A DNA stretch of 64,000 nucleotides, taken from positions 1-64,000 of IMG/VR virus record IMGVR_UViG_3300042261_000588; one strand, given 5' to 3'. The translations under genes and the position numbers were made by a program. This document shows positions 46,637 to 55,784 of the stretch, in pieces; position 1 is the stretch's first letter; each line of letters begins with the position of its first letter. Source of the DNA: a virus. Under the pieces are notes generated by a model. The model was not told the origin of the DNA, made no database searches, and worked only from the letters and a program-made list of their open reading frames with translations.

Positions 46637-46996
46637 ATGACTTTGCCGAACATTGTTCATTGGTGGAGATTTACCCGAATCAGATTATGGATGAAATCGT
46701 TGGGATATTGGAAACAGTATTGGGGGATTGTGTGGAAGTCTAGGTTACACCAGAAAGCGTGTATAATGGGTGCAAAAGATGTTGTGCCGGTGAAGGTTGG
46801 TCTTGGGCTTATTTCTCCTTATGCTGGACTCGTTGAGGTTCGAGAGTTTGAGGATTTGCAACAAAGATGGAAAGAATGGGAAAGGGAGAGATTGTTTATC
46901 GGTGCGGCACAAGACCACCCGGATGGAATCTTAGCCGAGAGTGGTGAGGACATGGTTTGCATGACGAGTGAGGAGTTTGAACACTGGTATGGCTGA
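46637..46996 (+). CDS. hypothetical Trp-rich protein
   Basis: ORF track; tight packing. Confidence 0.6.
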   Translation: MTLPNIVHWWRFTRIRLWMKSLGYWKQYWGIVWKSRLHQKACIMGAKDVVPVKVGLGLISPYAGLVEVREFEDLQQRWKEWERERLFIGAAQDHPDGILAESGEDMVCMTSEEFEHWYG

Positions 46997-48002
46997 CGTT
47001 GTTATAGTGGTAGGCACGAAGCGGGGGAAGGAGAATGTATCCCCGATAGAGATCAAGCAGATGGTGGGTCGGGCTGGTCGCAAGCATGGTTGTGAGACAG
47101 CCTTAGCTCATGTTCTGGTCGAGGATGATCGTATAGACGAGGTTCAGGAGGGGTTGGATCATGGCACTAATATGGATGTTCATTCCTCGTTCAGTGATAC
47201 TGACAGATTGATCTTTCATTTGATGCCGGAAATAGCGGCGGAACGTGTTGTAAACGTAGATACGGCTACAAAGTGGTATTCTAGGAGTCTAGCGTCTTTT
47301 CAGGGGCGGAATGTTGACTTCCACAAGGTCTTTGACAAGATGTTTGAGATGGGGGCGATAAAGCTTGAACCATCGGATAATGTTCGTCCAACGAGGGCTG
47401 GAAAGATTGCGGCTGATCTCTATTTTCATCCCGGAGACGTACAGGCGTGGTTGAATAACTTTACTCGGATTTTCGAGATGGGTTTGGAAAATGACAATGC
47501 GGCGATGGCATGGGCATTGGGAACTAGGATTCATACGAAGTGTCATGGAGACTTTGCAGATCATCGATTTGTAATCAATGAGTGCAAGAGTGCTCTTCCG
47601 TTAGGGTTGGAAATGGAGCCGGGAACAGTGACTCAAGTAGTATTGTGGTGGTGTTCGATGGGTGGTCCTCCTGTTGGTAAAATGAAAAATCAGATGCTCG
47701 AATTGAGGGAAGACATTGGAAGGATCAAGAGGGCATTGGCAAGACTGGATAAAGAAGTCGCTGGTTGGAATAGAATCGGATTTTTTGATGATGTCGAGTT
47801 GATGGTTCGTAAGGGGATCAATACAACACTGCTAGATTTATGTAAACTTCCAGGAATTACGAAAGGAAGAGCGGATTTCTTGTATAATGTAGGTGTGAGG
47901 GACATTCATGGGATTGCAGAGGCTCTTCCTAATATCGAGGATGATATTGACGAGCCATTCAAGGCGGCATTGAAGGAGATTGTTAGTGGTATTCGGAAGT
48001 AG
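46989..48002 (+). CDS. Ski2/Hel308-like helicase, C-terminal half (motif VI, winged helix, HhH)
   Basis: ADVVIV...QMVGRAGR; PTRAGKIAADLY; LCKLPGITKGRA; own RBS GAGGAG. Confidence 0.85.
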   Translation: MADVVIVVGTKRGKENVSPIEIKQMVGRAGRKHGCETALAHVLVEDDRIDEVQEGLDHGTNMDVHSSFSDTDRLIFHLMPEIAAERVVNVDTATKWYSRSLASFQGRNVDFHKVFDKMFEMGAIKLEPSDNVRPTRAGKIAADLYFHPGDVQAWLNNFTRIFEMGLENDNAAMAWALGTRIHTKCHGDFADHRFVINECKSALPLGLEMEPGTVTQVVLWWCSMGGPPVGKMKNQMLELREDIGRIKRALARLDKEVAGWNRIGFFDDVELMVRKGINTTLLDLCKLPGITKGRADFLYNVGVRDIHGIAEALPNIEDDIDEPFKAALKEIVSGIRK

Positions 48003-48435
48003 AGCCGTTGAAGCGTGTATCCGGGATTGGTCTTCAGGGACGGTTGATGAAGGCAATATCCGCAACTTGCTCAAATGCAGGGACGTGAACGTTACTGGGA
48101 TGGAAGAGTACTTGAGTAAATCTCATCCGTCGGAAGTACGTTGGGCTGCTGCACGGGTATTGATGGAAAAGGGACAGGCGAAGGAAGTCGTTGCTGCGGC
48201 GATGCTTTCACAGGATCGGGAATCTATACTGTCCTTGTTGAGTCTACTGGGAAAGAACAAAGTCGGTATCGATGCTTTGGAAAGTCTTATTTCTTCCGAG
48301 GATACAATGGTTAGGGATGCGGCGATAGAAATGTTTAGAAGGGCTGGCAAGGTGGATGTCATCTTCCCATTGATTTTTGATAGTGATGATGGAGTCGTGA
48401 AAAGGATTAAACGGTACATCAATGAAGCGGGATAA
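47986..48435 (+). CDS. HEAT-repeat-like protein
   Basis: EVRWAAARVL, DTMVRDAAIE, DGVVKR. Confidence 0.65.
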   Translation: MVFGSRAVEACIRDWSSGTVDEGNIRNLLKCRDVNVTGMEEYLSKSHPSEVRWAAARVLMEKGQAKEVVAAAMLSQDRESILSLLSLLGKNKVGIDALESLISSEDTMVRDAAIEMFRRAGKVDVIFPLIFDSDDGVVKRIKRYINEAG

Positions 48436-49141
48436 TGTAGATAGACATGCGGTTCCAGAAAATCGGCTTGAACGGTTCATGGGGATTGTATACTCTTTAG
48501 TGGAGCCATTCGGGGTGGAAGAAGTTCCCGAAGTCTTTCATTATGTAGAGTTACTAGGACAAGCCATTGAAAGGCACATTGTGGAATCCAGACTTGTTGG
48601 TTCTCCACAAGGTCGTCTTGCTTCAGACCGTAGAAAGTTTATTTCAATTTTTAAGAACCGTTATTTATCTGTGACTGATATAGAATATTCTCGTGTCATA
48701 ACAGGAGTTGATGGCAGGCTCATCAATCAATTGAATAAGGTGTTGACAGACAATGGGTTTGAAGTGGACGAGTATCTGACATGGTTATTTGATACTTTTC
48801 TGGCAGAGAATCAGAAGTTCAATCCTCCAACAATTAAGCTTTCTTGCGGTAATTTTGTTGTAGAGAAGTTCCTCTATGAGCATAAGGATAAGATAAAGCA
48901 GCGTCGGGAGGACAAGATTAGGAAGAAGGAGTCTCTTGATCTGATTTCAAGAGCAAGAGTCTTAATTCGTTCTGGAGACGAGGCAATAAAAATAAAAGTT
49001 GTAGAAGTGCTTAAAGGTTATCGAGATGGGGGTATAATGTTGGAGAAGATGAGATCGGAAATTGAAGGAATGGAAAAGGCACTGCGAAATTCGCAACTGG
49101 CAAAAGGGCAAAAACAAGGAGGAAACGATGGGATTGTTTGA
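48422..49141 (+). CDS. hypothetical replication-region protein
   Basis: ORF track; tight packing. Confidence 0.75.
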   Translation: MKRDNVDRHAVPENRLERFMGIVYSLVEPFGVEEVPEVFHYVELLGQAIERHIVESRLVGSPQGRLASDRRKFISIFKNRYLSVTDIEYSRVITGVDGRLINQLNKVLTDNGFEVDEYLTWLFDTFLAENQKFNPPTIKLSCGNFVVEKFLYEHKDKIKQRREDKIRKKESLDLISRARVLIRSGDEAIKIKVVEVLKGYRDGGIMLEKMRSEIEGMEKALRNSQLAKGQKQGGNDGIV

Positions 49142-49730
49142 AAATATGAAGTCTTCTATTGACGGTCTAGGACAGATCGAATTGTCCGGTATCAAGTTGG
49201 AGTCTGCGGATTCCAGACTTTTGGACGTTGGAACGCTTGACTTGGATAAGCATGTTGCGATGCAGCCTTCGGCAATCGCTTATTTCGGAGCTATGAAGAA
49301 AGAGGCGGCTCGTCGGTTAGACATGTTAAAGAGGAATAAGGATCGTTGGGAGAAGAAGTGTTGGGCACTTGCAAAGGCAGCAGTTCTTTCAGGAACAACC
49401 GTTTCGTGGAAACCAACACTCGCTGACATCGAAGCTCGTTTCATTACAGATAACGAGAGAGATATTGAAGCATGGGATACGCAGATGGAAAGGGCACAGG
49501 AAGAGTTGGACACATTGGACGCTTGGTATGAAGGATGGCGTCAAAAGTCTTTCGCCCTGCAACAACACGTTGCAATCGAAGAAGATGAGAGGTTCAATGG
49601 TTCAAGTTCAATGAAAGGAGGTGACGGGGGAATAGAACAGCGGCATTCGGGCGGAATCGCAGAAAAACCACTTTCGAGTGACAAACTTCGTGAAGTCCGG
49701 GATATAATGAAAAGGAAGAGATTGGGATGA
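49128..49730 (+). CDS. UvsY-like recombination mediator (putative)
   Basis: Long helical protein with QPSAIAYFG...TLADIEA...QKSFAL, next to SSB and RecA. Confidence 0.5.
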   Translation: MGLFENMKSSIDGLGQIELSGIKLESADSRLLDVGTLDLDKHVAMQPSAIAYFGAMKKEAARRLDMLKRNKDRWEKKCWALAKAAVLSGTTVSWKPTLADIEARFITDNERDIEAWDTQMERAQEELDTLDAWYEGWRQKSFALQQHVAIEEDERFNGSSSMKGGDGGIEQRHSGGIAEKPLSSDKLREVRDIMKRKRLG

Positions 49731-49784
49731 CTTCATTCAGGCCGTGTGGTTTGGAAAGTCAGACGTATAACAGAGTAGGCCTGG

Positions 49785-49823
49785 GGCAACAAGGCAACTA
49801 GGCAAACAAGGCAACAAAGGCAA
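49785..49823 (+). repeat. five GGCAA repeats at 8-9 nt spacing before the SSB RBS
   Basis: GGCAA at 49785, 49793, 49801, 49810 and 49819. Confidence 0.85.
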
Positions 49824-49835
49824 GAGGAGATCAGT

Positions 49836-50963
49836 ATGAGCGTGTTAGACAGGTTGACGAAAGCACAAGCGTCTCGTCCGCAGGGCGGGACCTTTCAAAA
49901 GGTCAAGGGTATCTTCCATAACTGGAAGGTAGGAGTAAATCGGATTCGTCTGGTTGGTGACTATACGGAGGTGAGAACACATTTCATCGCTCCGTCGCAA
50001 AAGTCGCAAAAGAGGAAGGATCGTGGTTTGTGCATGGCAACGGCATTCCAAGGTAACGATAAGATTCCACAAGTCATCAACTGCCCCGATTGGGATATCG
50101 CCCTAGAGCGTCCCAAGAAGGAAAAGAGTTGCCCTATCTGCAAGTTGAATGCGGTTGCTAAAGCGGTTCTCGCAGAAAAGCCGAGTGCCGAAGAGAAGGA
50201 GTTCTTCGAGAATCTGCGGGCTGCTTCTCGGGCGACGAATACACTCAAGTGGAATATCATTGATCGTGACGACCCGTTTGTCGAAGTGGATAACGACGGT
50301 AAGACTGAGAGGGTTCTGGGATTCAAGATTGCTTCTGTTGGAGCGGAAGCCTTCAAAGATATCACCGGAATCTACATGCAGCTCGGGTATGACATCAATG
50401 AACCTGACAAGGGAATCGACATCGAGGTCACTCGGGATGATAAGGGTGCTCGCACGACTTACTCTGCTCGTCCGGTTATTGAGGGCACATCTCTCAAGGT
50501 GACGCCGCTCACAAAGGAAGAGAGAGCATTGGCACTCCATGATCTCAAGGTTCGTTGTGGACGGCAGACTGAAATCGACAAGATCGTGAATGCTCTTCAC
50601 GACGATCTTCGTCAGATCATTTCCGTTGACGTGACGGAAGAAGAACCTGATGTTGATGCTGCGGTTGAGGAAGCTGTGGCTGAAGTTTCAACGCCTGATC
50701 CTGCACCTCGTCCGACGACTCAGGCTCCTAAGACTGCGGCTCCGACGGCTCGTCCTGCGGCTCCTGCGGCTCCTGCGGCTCCGACGGCTCGTCCTGCGGC
50801 TCCGACAGCGAGTAAGGTGCCTGCGTCAGTGTTGGATAGACTCCAGAAGAAGCCTACCGTGGCTAATGCCGTGGTCGAAACTCCTGAGGATGAAGCACTT
50901 CTGGAAGCCATTGAGGGGGACGGCGACGGACTTCTCGGTGGCGATTCGATAAAAAAAAATTAA
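49836..50963 (+). CDS. gp32-like single-stranded DNA-binding protein (short form; -1 frame extends to 51160)
   Basis: NRIRLV, CPICK, NIIDRDD, DPxKGxDIxVTR-like motif, Pro/Ala linker and acidic tail. Confidence 0.75.
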   Translation: MSVLDRLTKAQASRPQGGTFQKVKGIFHNWKVGVNRIRLVGDYTEVRTHFIAPSQKSQKRKDRGLCMATAFQGNDKIPQVINCPDWDIALERPKKEKSCPICKLNAVAKAVLAEKPSAEEKEFFENLRAASRATNTLKWNIIDRDDPFVEVDNDGKTERVLGFKIASVGAEAFKDITGIYMQLGYDINEPDKGIDIEVTRDDKGARTTYSARPVIEGTSLKVTPLTKEERALALHDLKVRCGRQTEIDKIVNALHDDLRQIISVDVTEEEPDVDAAVEEAVAEVSTPDPAPRPTTQAPKTAAPTARPAAPAAPAAPTARPAAPTASKVPASVLDRLQKKPTVANAVVETPEDEALLEAIEGDGDGLLGGDSIKKN

Positions 50964-51166
50964 CCTCGGTTGAGGATGGTGCGGCTCCGGTTAAAACGGT
51001 GTCCGCACCAGTTTCTGATAAGGCTGCGGTTAAGACTCAAGTCGAATCTCCAATCAGTGTCAGTCCATCCGATTATGTCTGTTTCGGGACTATCGACAAG
51101 AGTCACCCGGAGTGTCAGAAGTGTCAGAACAACACACTGTGTGAAGAAGCGACGAAGTAAAATTGC

Positions 51167-51196
51167 GGGAGGCGGTTGGGCAACCGACCGTCTCCC
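51167..51196 (+). promoter_or_regulatory. GC-rich GCAA-tetraloop hairpin between SSB and recA
   Basis: GGGAGGCGGTTGG-GCAA-CCGACCGTCTCCC; weak U tail. Confidence 0.6.
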
Positions 51197-51213
51197 GTTC
51201 TTGGGAGGATTTT

Positions 51214-52353
51214 ATGGCTAAAAGAGAAGTGAAAGAATTTGTAGATGAGCGGTCTGAAAGGATTGGCAAAATCTGCAAGATAATCAATGCTGGTACGTTC
51301 GGCGGAGAGAACAAAGATGCCGTAACATGGCTTGGTTCTCGCGAAGCAGTGTCAATTGAACGTTTCCCATCTGGTGATCCCAGTTTGGATGAGGCTCTTG
51401 GTGGTGGTTGGCCTAAAGGCCGATTCATAGAAATATACGGCTCCGAGTCCGGTGGTAAAACGACATTGGCTCTACACGCTATAGTCGAGCATCAGAAGAA
51501 GTATCCCGATGAGGATTGTGCTCTGATCGATACTGAGTATACATTTGACGAGCTATATGCTTCGGCAGTTGGCGTCAATACGAAGTATCTGATTGTGCAT
51601 CAACCCGATTCTGGCGAACAGGCATTGAACATCCTCAAGTTGTTGATGCAGAATGGAGTGAAGTGTATTGTCGTTGACTCTGTGGCTGCTCTGACAACGA
51701 AGGCGGAACTTGAAGGTGACATTGGCGATATGCATGTTGGTCAGCAAGCTCGTTTGATGAGTGGTGCCCTGCGTCAGTTGGGTGCTGTGGCTGGAAATAC
51801 GAATTCCACGGTGTTCTGGACAAACCAGATGCGAGACAAGATCGGCGTGACGTGGGGTGAGAAGACCACAACGCCTGCTGGTCGAGCTCTTCGCTTCTAT
51901 GCCTCGATTCGTGCCCATATCTGTGCCATTGGAAAGATCAAGGAGAAGATTAACGGCGAGGATGTGGTCGTTTCATCGAGAAATAAAGTGGATGTGAAGA
52001 AAAACAAGACAGCGCCGCCTTTCAGGGTCGCTGAGTTCTGTATCTCGTTCGGACATGGTATCGATAAGGTCGCCGGGATACTGGATATGGCAATGGCTAT
52101 GAAGGTCGTTACCAAGAAGGGTTCGTGGTTCAGTTGTGGAACAGAACAGCTTGCTCAGGGTCGTATTCAAGTGCTAGACTTGATGCGCAAGAATGATGTT
52201 CTCACTCAGGGAATCCTCGAAAAGATTGAAGCGGCTAAGGCGGCTGGCGTCGTTCCAGAAGAAGAGCCTGATGTCGAGAAGGCAGTGAATAAGGGAGAAG
52301 ACCCTGACGCTATCGACGGAGCTGAGGAAGGGGCGGAAGTTCAAGATGTCTAG
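51214..52353 (+). CDS. recA: RecA recombinase
   Basis: GSESGGKTT, VVDSVAAL, QARLMS, NQMRDKIG, GRALRFYAS, KNKTAPPF. Confidence 0.97.
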   Translation: MAKREVKEFVDERSERIGKICKIINAGTFGGENKDAVTWLGSREAVSIERFPSGDPSLDEALGGGWPKGRFIEIYGSESGGKTTLALHAIVEHQKKYPDEDCALIDTEYTFDELYASAVGVNTKYLIVHQPDSGEQALNILKLLMQNGVKCIVVDSVAALTTKAELEGDIGDMHVGQQARLMSGALRQLGAVAGNTNSTVFWTNQMRDKIGVTWGEKTTTPAGRALRFYASIRAHICAIGKIKEKINGEDVVVSSRNKVDVKKNKTAPPFRVAEFCISFGHGIDKVAGILDMAMAMKVVTKKGSWFSCGTEQLAQGRIQVLDLMRKNDVLTQGILEKIEAAKAAGVVPEEEPDVEKAVNKGEDPDAIDGAEEGAEVQDV

Positions 52354-52404
52354 CTCTAGGATTCAATTGTTTAGCGTATAAAACATTGGAATGTAAGGAG
52401 AGAG

Positions 52405-53322
52405 ATGAGCAATCCCAAGCTGCTACTGATTGATGGCAATAACATGAGTCATCGTGTCTTCTGGACGCATCAGGAGCTTCAATATAAGGGTAGGTATACG
52501 GGAGTCTTGTTCGGGTTCTTCAAGCAATTGATTTACCTTCGCAAGAAGTTCCCGGATCACTACATGATTATTGCTTGGGATCGTGGATATGCTCGTCGTA
52601 AAGCCGAGTCACAAGCCGGTGTTGCGGCGGGCATTATCCCTTCTGCTTACAAGGAACAACGGGAGACGGCTAGAGCAGAGGCTGATCCTAAGAAGTTAGA
52701 AGAACTAGAGTCTTTGAAGACTCAGATGGATCAACTTCGACATGAAGTACTTCCGTTGGTTCGATGCACTCAAGCGATTATAGATGGCACCGAGGCTGAT
52801 GACATTATCTATTCGTATTGTCAATATGCTCATAAGTGGGGTGGGCAAGCTATTGTTGTTTCTTCGGACAAGGACTTCTATCAGGTGCTGGGGATAGGAC
52901 CAGAAATCTCTATTTATGACGCCATGAAGGATGAGTCATGGACAGCGGAAAGAGTTCGGATGGAGTTTGCATTTGACCCTGGGCTATGGGTTGATTTTGG
53001 GGCATTGCAGGGCGACAAGGGAGACAATATTTGGGGAGTCGACGGATGGGGTCCAAAAACTGCCGGAGACTATGTTCGTCAATATGGGAACATTGAGTCT
53101 ATATTAGCCGGAGTTCGTGAGAAGCCCAAAAAGTCAAAGAAGGAGCAGCAACTTCTGGATAGTATTCCAAGGATCAATCTAGCATTTTCTCTAAAAAAGA
53201 TGGATGGGGTTCCTCACGTTCCTATGCCTCGTTGTGGCAATAAAGACTCGAAGACACTTCTTGATAAATTCTTGGAACTTGGATTTATAAGTTTGGTAAA
53301 GGAAGTCAAGCTGCTGACATGA
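52405..53322 (+). CDS. 5'-3' exonuclease / flap endonuclease (Pol I N-terminal-like)
   Basis: LLIDGNN, EADD, SSDKDFYQ, GDKGDNI, GWGPKTA. Confidence 0.92.
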   Translation: MSNPKLLLIDGNNMSHRVFWTHQELQYKGRYTGVLFGFFKQLIYLRKKFPDHYMIIAWDRGYARRKAESQAGVAAGIIPSAYKEQRETARAEADPKKLEELESLKTQMDQLRHEVLPLVRCTQAIIDGTEADDIIYSYCQYAHKWGGQAIVVSSDKDFYQVLGIGPEISIYDAMKDESWTAERVRMEFAFDPGLWVDFGALQGDKGDNIWGVDGWGPKTAGDYVRQYGNIESILAGVREKPKKSKKEQQLLDSIPRINLAFSLKKMDGVPHVPMPRCGNKDSKTLLDKFLELGFISLVKEVKLLT

Positions 53323-53930
53323 GTACGGGGAAATACATAGCCCTTCGTACAAAGGCAATGGTCTTGAAGGACGTTGGTGGATATGAAATTGCCAAGGCAG
53401 AGTTAAACCCGGTATTTTTTGAGGAGTTTGTAGGTAATGTTCTTGAAAATGACTATCTTCCTACTGTAATATGGGAACCGTTTGCAGGACATACTGGTAA
53501 AAGTCGAACACAGGATTTTGCACAGGGGATATCTTTAAAGTTGGTATCTTTCGATATTGAACCTTCAGACGATAGAGTTGTGATGGCGGACTCTACTGTG
53601 ACAGGACCTGGGGAAATGGTTGGAGGGGTGTTCTTTCATCCTCCGTATTTTGGGACTATGCCATTATCTCATGATGGTCGGGACATATCTCTGATCGGTA
53701 AATGGGATGAGTATGTTGTAGCATTGTCGAAGACGGTTAGGATAGCGAGTTTGGTGACGGCGGAAGGCGGGCTTGTGTGTGCGGTTGGGCGCGATTATCG
53801 GCATGGAGGCAAGCGCATACGACTCGACTATGAATATTTGAAGATGTTCGAGAAAGAGTATTTCGAGGTAGAATCAGTTATGGAGAGTGAGCCGGATGTG
53901 GCTATTGTGTTTAGGAAAGTAGGTTGTTAA
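53319..53930 (+). CDS. amino-methyltransferase-like protein (atypical HPPY motif)
   Basis: WEPFAG motif I, SFDIE, FFHPPY. Confidence 0.6.
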   Translation: MSTGKYIALRTKAMVLKDVGGYEIAKAELNPVFFEEFVGNVLENDYLPTVIWEPFAGHTGKSRTQDFAQGISLKLVSFDIEPSDDRVVMADSTVTGPGEMVGGVFFHPPYFGTMPLSHDGRDISLIGKWDEYVVALSKTVRIASLVTAEGGLVCAVGRDYRHGGKRIRLDYEYLKMFEKEYFEVESVMESEPDVAIVFRKVGC

Positions 53931-54502
53931 TGAGTATGCGATTGGGAATTTGTGGCAGTGCAGGAACAATGAAAAGCACCTTGGCAGAAGGAGTGGCTAC
54001 CGCCTTGGGTATTCCAAACCTAAAGTCTCGGGAGATTACCGAGGACATTCTTCGTAGGGATGGATATAATTATGGTTCAGGGATTCAGATTGAGAGGTTC
54101 TTGGCTAACACCGGGCGACAGAATGAGATTCTGAGGCGAACAATAGAACAGCAATCCGTTCCAGATTTCGTGACGGATCGGACGGTGATTGATCTGACTG
54201 CCTATGCTGTGTGTGAGATGCATCATTCGGATGCTTCGGCACTAAGAAGGATCGTTGATACATGTCGGAAGAATGTTTCGGTATACACCCATCTTTTCTT
54301 CTGTCCGTGGGTGGATGCTTCGGTTTCTGCCACAGGGAAAAGAACACTGAATCCTTGGTATCAATACCTTATCCATCTGACTGAGCGTGGGATTTTGGAT
54401 GAATGGGGATGTAAGTATCATATTCTCGTTGCCGAAGGTCGGGAGAAGAGGCTAGAGGAGATCATATCATTCTTTAAGACTGATGTGCCTAAAGAACCAT
54501 AA
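53930..54502 (+). CDS. P-loop nucleotide kinase (AAA_28/NMP kinase-like)
   Basis: GSAGTMKST; FVTDRTVID. Confidence 0.8.
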   Translation: MSMRLGICGSAGTMKSTLAEGVATALGIPNLKSREITEDILRRDGYNYGSGIQIERFLANTGRQNEILRRTIEQQSVPDFVTDRTVIDLTAYAVCEMHHSDASALRRIVDTCRKNVSVYTHLFFCPWVDASVSATGKRTLNPWYQYLIHLTERGILDEWGCKYHILVAEGREKRLEEIISFFKTDVPKEP

Positions 54503-54525
54503 TTCTTTAATAAGTGATCCTATTG
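54500..54525 (+). promoter_or_regulatory. candidate phage late promoter motif
   Basis: TAATTCTTTAATA-N8-TATTG. Confidence 0.5.
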
Positions 54526-54540
54526 TAGGAGGAGAAACTT

Positions 54541-54804
54541 ATGAGCTATAGGAAGAATGTGACTGACAAGCAACAGGGTGATGTCGAGGCAGCTACCGCC
54601 GATTCGGCAAATCGTTTTGCTTGGTTTGATGGAAAGGCGATTCAGACTGGGGCGACAAAATCCATTCCAGCACTAGACCTTCAGGGACAAGGAAATACGG
54701 GCGGGATTTCGACAAGCTCGAAGAGAGCAATTCCCGGAAGTGGTGCTGTAATCGGTTCTCATAATGATAATCCATCTCGGTTTGATAGCCCCGGGAAAGT
54801 GTAA
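54541..54804 (+). CDS. small hypothetical protein, paralog of 3866-4102
   Basis: RBS AGGAGG; shared terminal motifs. Confidence 0.85.
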   Translation: MSYRKNVTDKQQGDVEAATADSANRFAWFDGKAIQTGATKSIPALDLQGQGNTGGISTSSKRAIPGSGAVIGSHNDNPSRFDSPGKV

Positions 54805-54811
54805 AAATTTT

Positions 54812-54853
54812 TTCACAATTTGTCATGCCGTGAGTATAATAAGGCATGACAAA
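54812..54853 (+). promoter_or_regulatory. sigma70 promoter with 11-bp inverted repeat around the -10 box; probably leaderless
   Basis: TTCACA-17 nt-TATAAT; TTTGTCATGCC/GGCATGACAAA; ATG 5 nt after the -10 box. Confidence 0.65.
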
Positions 54854-55769
54854 GTTTTTATTTTTTACCGATTTGCATACGGCTGGTGAAAACCCACGCC
54901 ATCGAATAGATAACTTCCCGAAAACCATCGTAGAAAAGTTACGGGAAGTATATTCCATCGCCAAGAAGGAAAACTGCGATTTCGTAGCCTTCGGGGGTGA
55001 TTGGAACAACTACTATCGCCTCTTCAATTACGATGTTCTATCGGATCAGATGGACATCGTCTGTGGTGCAGGTTTGCAGACATATTTAGTCGTAGGAGAA
55101 CATGACATCTATGGACACAATATGGACACATACAAGTCGTCCACATTGGCATTTTTTATTCGTAGATGCGGAAGGATGACGGTGTTATGGGAGCCGACAG
55201 AGGTTGCTGGTGTGGTGCTGCATGGAAAGCATGAGCCAGATAAGATGCCTGAAATGTTGGCTAGACCTAAAGACATTTCAAAGACAAACATCATGGTTTG
55301 TCACGAGCTGATAACATGCAATGATGCTCCATTTGAAATGATAAAGACGGATACTCTTAGGAATACTGGATTCGATCTGATAGTGTCAGGGGACTTGCAT
55401 GATGGGTATCCGACTCATCAGGTTGACGGGACGTGGTTTTGCAATCCTGGAAGCCTGGTTCGTCGTGCCACATCAGATGCTTGGAGACATCCGCAAGTTG
55501 CCATCGTGACAATCGAGAAGGGTAAAGACCCCAATATCGAGCTTCGGAGATTGTCGTGTGCGAAGGATGGTTCCGAAGTATTTGGAGAGAGTATCGCCGA
55601 AGTAGCCAAGTCTGGAGATATTGACGCTTCCGTGTTTGCCAAAGAACTTCTTCAGTTTGAGGCAGAGTCAACGGACGTATATGAACTTGTGCAAAAGGTT
55701 GGACGCAAGGCAGGACTTCGAGAGGAAGTCTTGAAGTATCTAGCATCAAAACAGATTCCTTTCGACTAA
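54846..55769 (+). CDS. Mre11/SbcD-like metallophosphoesterase nuclease
   Basis: DLH, GGD, GEHD, CHE, SGDLH, NPGSL. Confidence 0.85.
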   Translation: MTKFLFFTDLHTAGENPRHRIDNFPKTIVEKLREVYSIAKKENCDFVAFGGDWNNYYRLFNYDVLSDQMDIVCGAGLQTYLVVGEHDIYGHNMDTYKSSTLAFFIRRCGRMTVLWEPTEVAGVVLHGKHEPDKMPEMLARPKDISKTNIMVCHELITCNDAPFEMIKTDTLRNTGFDLIVSGDLHDGYPTHQVDGTWFCNPGSLVRRATSDAWRHPQVAIVTIEKGKDPNIELRRLSCAKDGSEVFGESIAEVAKSGDIDASVFAKELLQFEAESTDVYELVQKVGRKAGLREEVLKYLASKQIPFD

Positions 55770-55784
55770 TGGAGGCCGGGGACT

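Noticed and set aside
45774-46988. Group I/II intron or intein explaining the split helicase
   Set aside because: The block is fully occupied by three ORFs; no intron core motifs, maturase, homing endonuclease or split-intein termini were seen.
50970-51221. ORF-track 83-aa ORF after the SSB gene
   Set aside because: Arg/Leu-rich off-frame translation; the -1 frame 50960-51160 encodes the recognisable zinc finger.
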